Of a DNA stretch of 64,000 nt, positions 63,645 through 64,000 are shown piece by piece. The stretch lies in the NCBI GenBank assembly GCA_964019335.1, contig OZ025652.1, positions 1 through 64,000 of the forward strand. Direction: 5' to 3'. This DNA is from Diplonema japonicum. Its lineage: Eukaryota > Protista > Euglenozoa: Diplonemea. Made by a program: the position numbers and the translations under genes. Under the pieces are notes generated by a model. It was not told the DNA's origin. It searched no databases and saw nothing but the letters and a program-made list of their open reading frames with translations. Within the stretch, counting starts at the first letter, position 1. Each line of letters starts with the position of its first letter.

Positions 63645-64000
63645 TTAGTCTTCTGCATTCTCGTTCTGCCGCTGAAGGTTGTATCTTTTTTGAGCAGCTT
63701 TATGGATGGCCTGTGTGAGGTGTTGGTGAGTGCTTGTGTACATACCTTACTCTGATCAGGAAAGGACTCACGGATGGTATCAAAATCTTCCTTTCGCAAA
63801 ACAAACAAATCGCAAAATGAAGAGGTGACCACTGTAGCCGTGCGCCTACTATCATTGAACAGAAGTGCCACCTCACCGAAAAAGGAACCATCGCGGAGAG
63901 TGGCATAAACCACACGCTCCGAGGACTCCTTCGCTTCGCTGACGACCTGCACCTCGCCACGTGAGATGAAATACATCTCTCTTCCGACCTCACCTTTGCG
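63645..64000 (-). CDS. 3' end of a cyclic-nucleotide-binding domain protein (CNG/HCN-channel-like CNBD); runs off the window
   Basis: RKGEVGREMYFISRGEVQVV...LRDGSFFGEVALL...RRTATV...CDLFVLRKEDF. A 35-nt intron at 63711-63745 gives the C-terminus AIHKAAQKRYNLQRQNENAED and TAA at 63647-63645. Confidence 0.85.

Overview
Eukaryotic protist DNA, most consistent with a euglenozoan such as a diplonemid. This assignment is an inference from the single-strand gene cluster, GTATG splice donors, polypyrimidine-AG acceptor-like sites and the protein families present. Every credible gene lies on the minus strand. The left end holds a (GGGTTTGC)n array, a 246-bp MITE-like inverted-repeat element, a ubiquitin-like + BspA-type LRR gene and an internally deleted piggyBac element (13-bp TIRs, TTAA duplications). 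The centre is one uninterrupted 38,961-bp ORF for a 12,986-aa type I membrane protein: C-type lectin modules, 18 vWA domains separated by Cys/Trp repeats, 32 EGF-like repeats, a TM helix and a short acidic tail. Directly upstream are a GILT thiol reductase with an in-frame TGA exactly at the catalytic Cys (YGESL-U-PGC, probable selenoprotein; the ORF track misses its 5' part) and a secreted GH45 endoglucanase-like protein that appears circularly permuted. The right third is a compact cluster with 24 predicted GT-AG micro-introns of 32-44 nt and several ~80-nt intergenic gaps. It encodes a 5'-nucleotidase-GAF-GAF fusion, a GT8 glycosyltransferase, an EF-hand/WD40/pseudokinase protein, a CUE-FH1-FH2 formin, two coiled-coil proteins and the 3' end of a cNMP-binding protein. 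All exon structures and domain calls were derived by eye and need RNA-seq and HMM confirmation.
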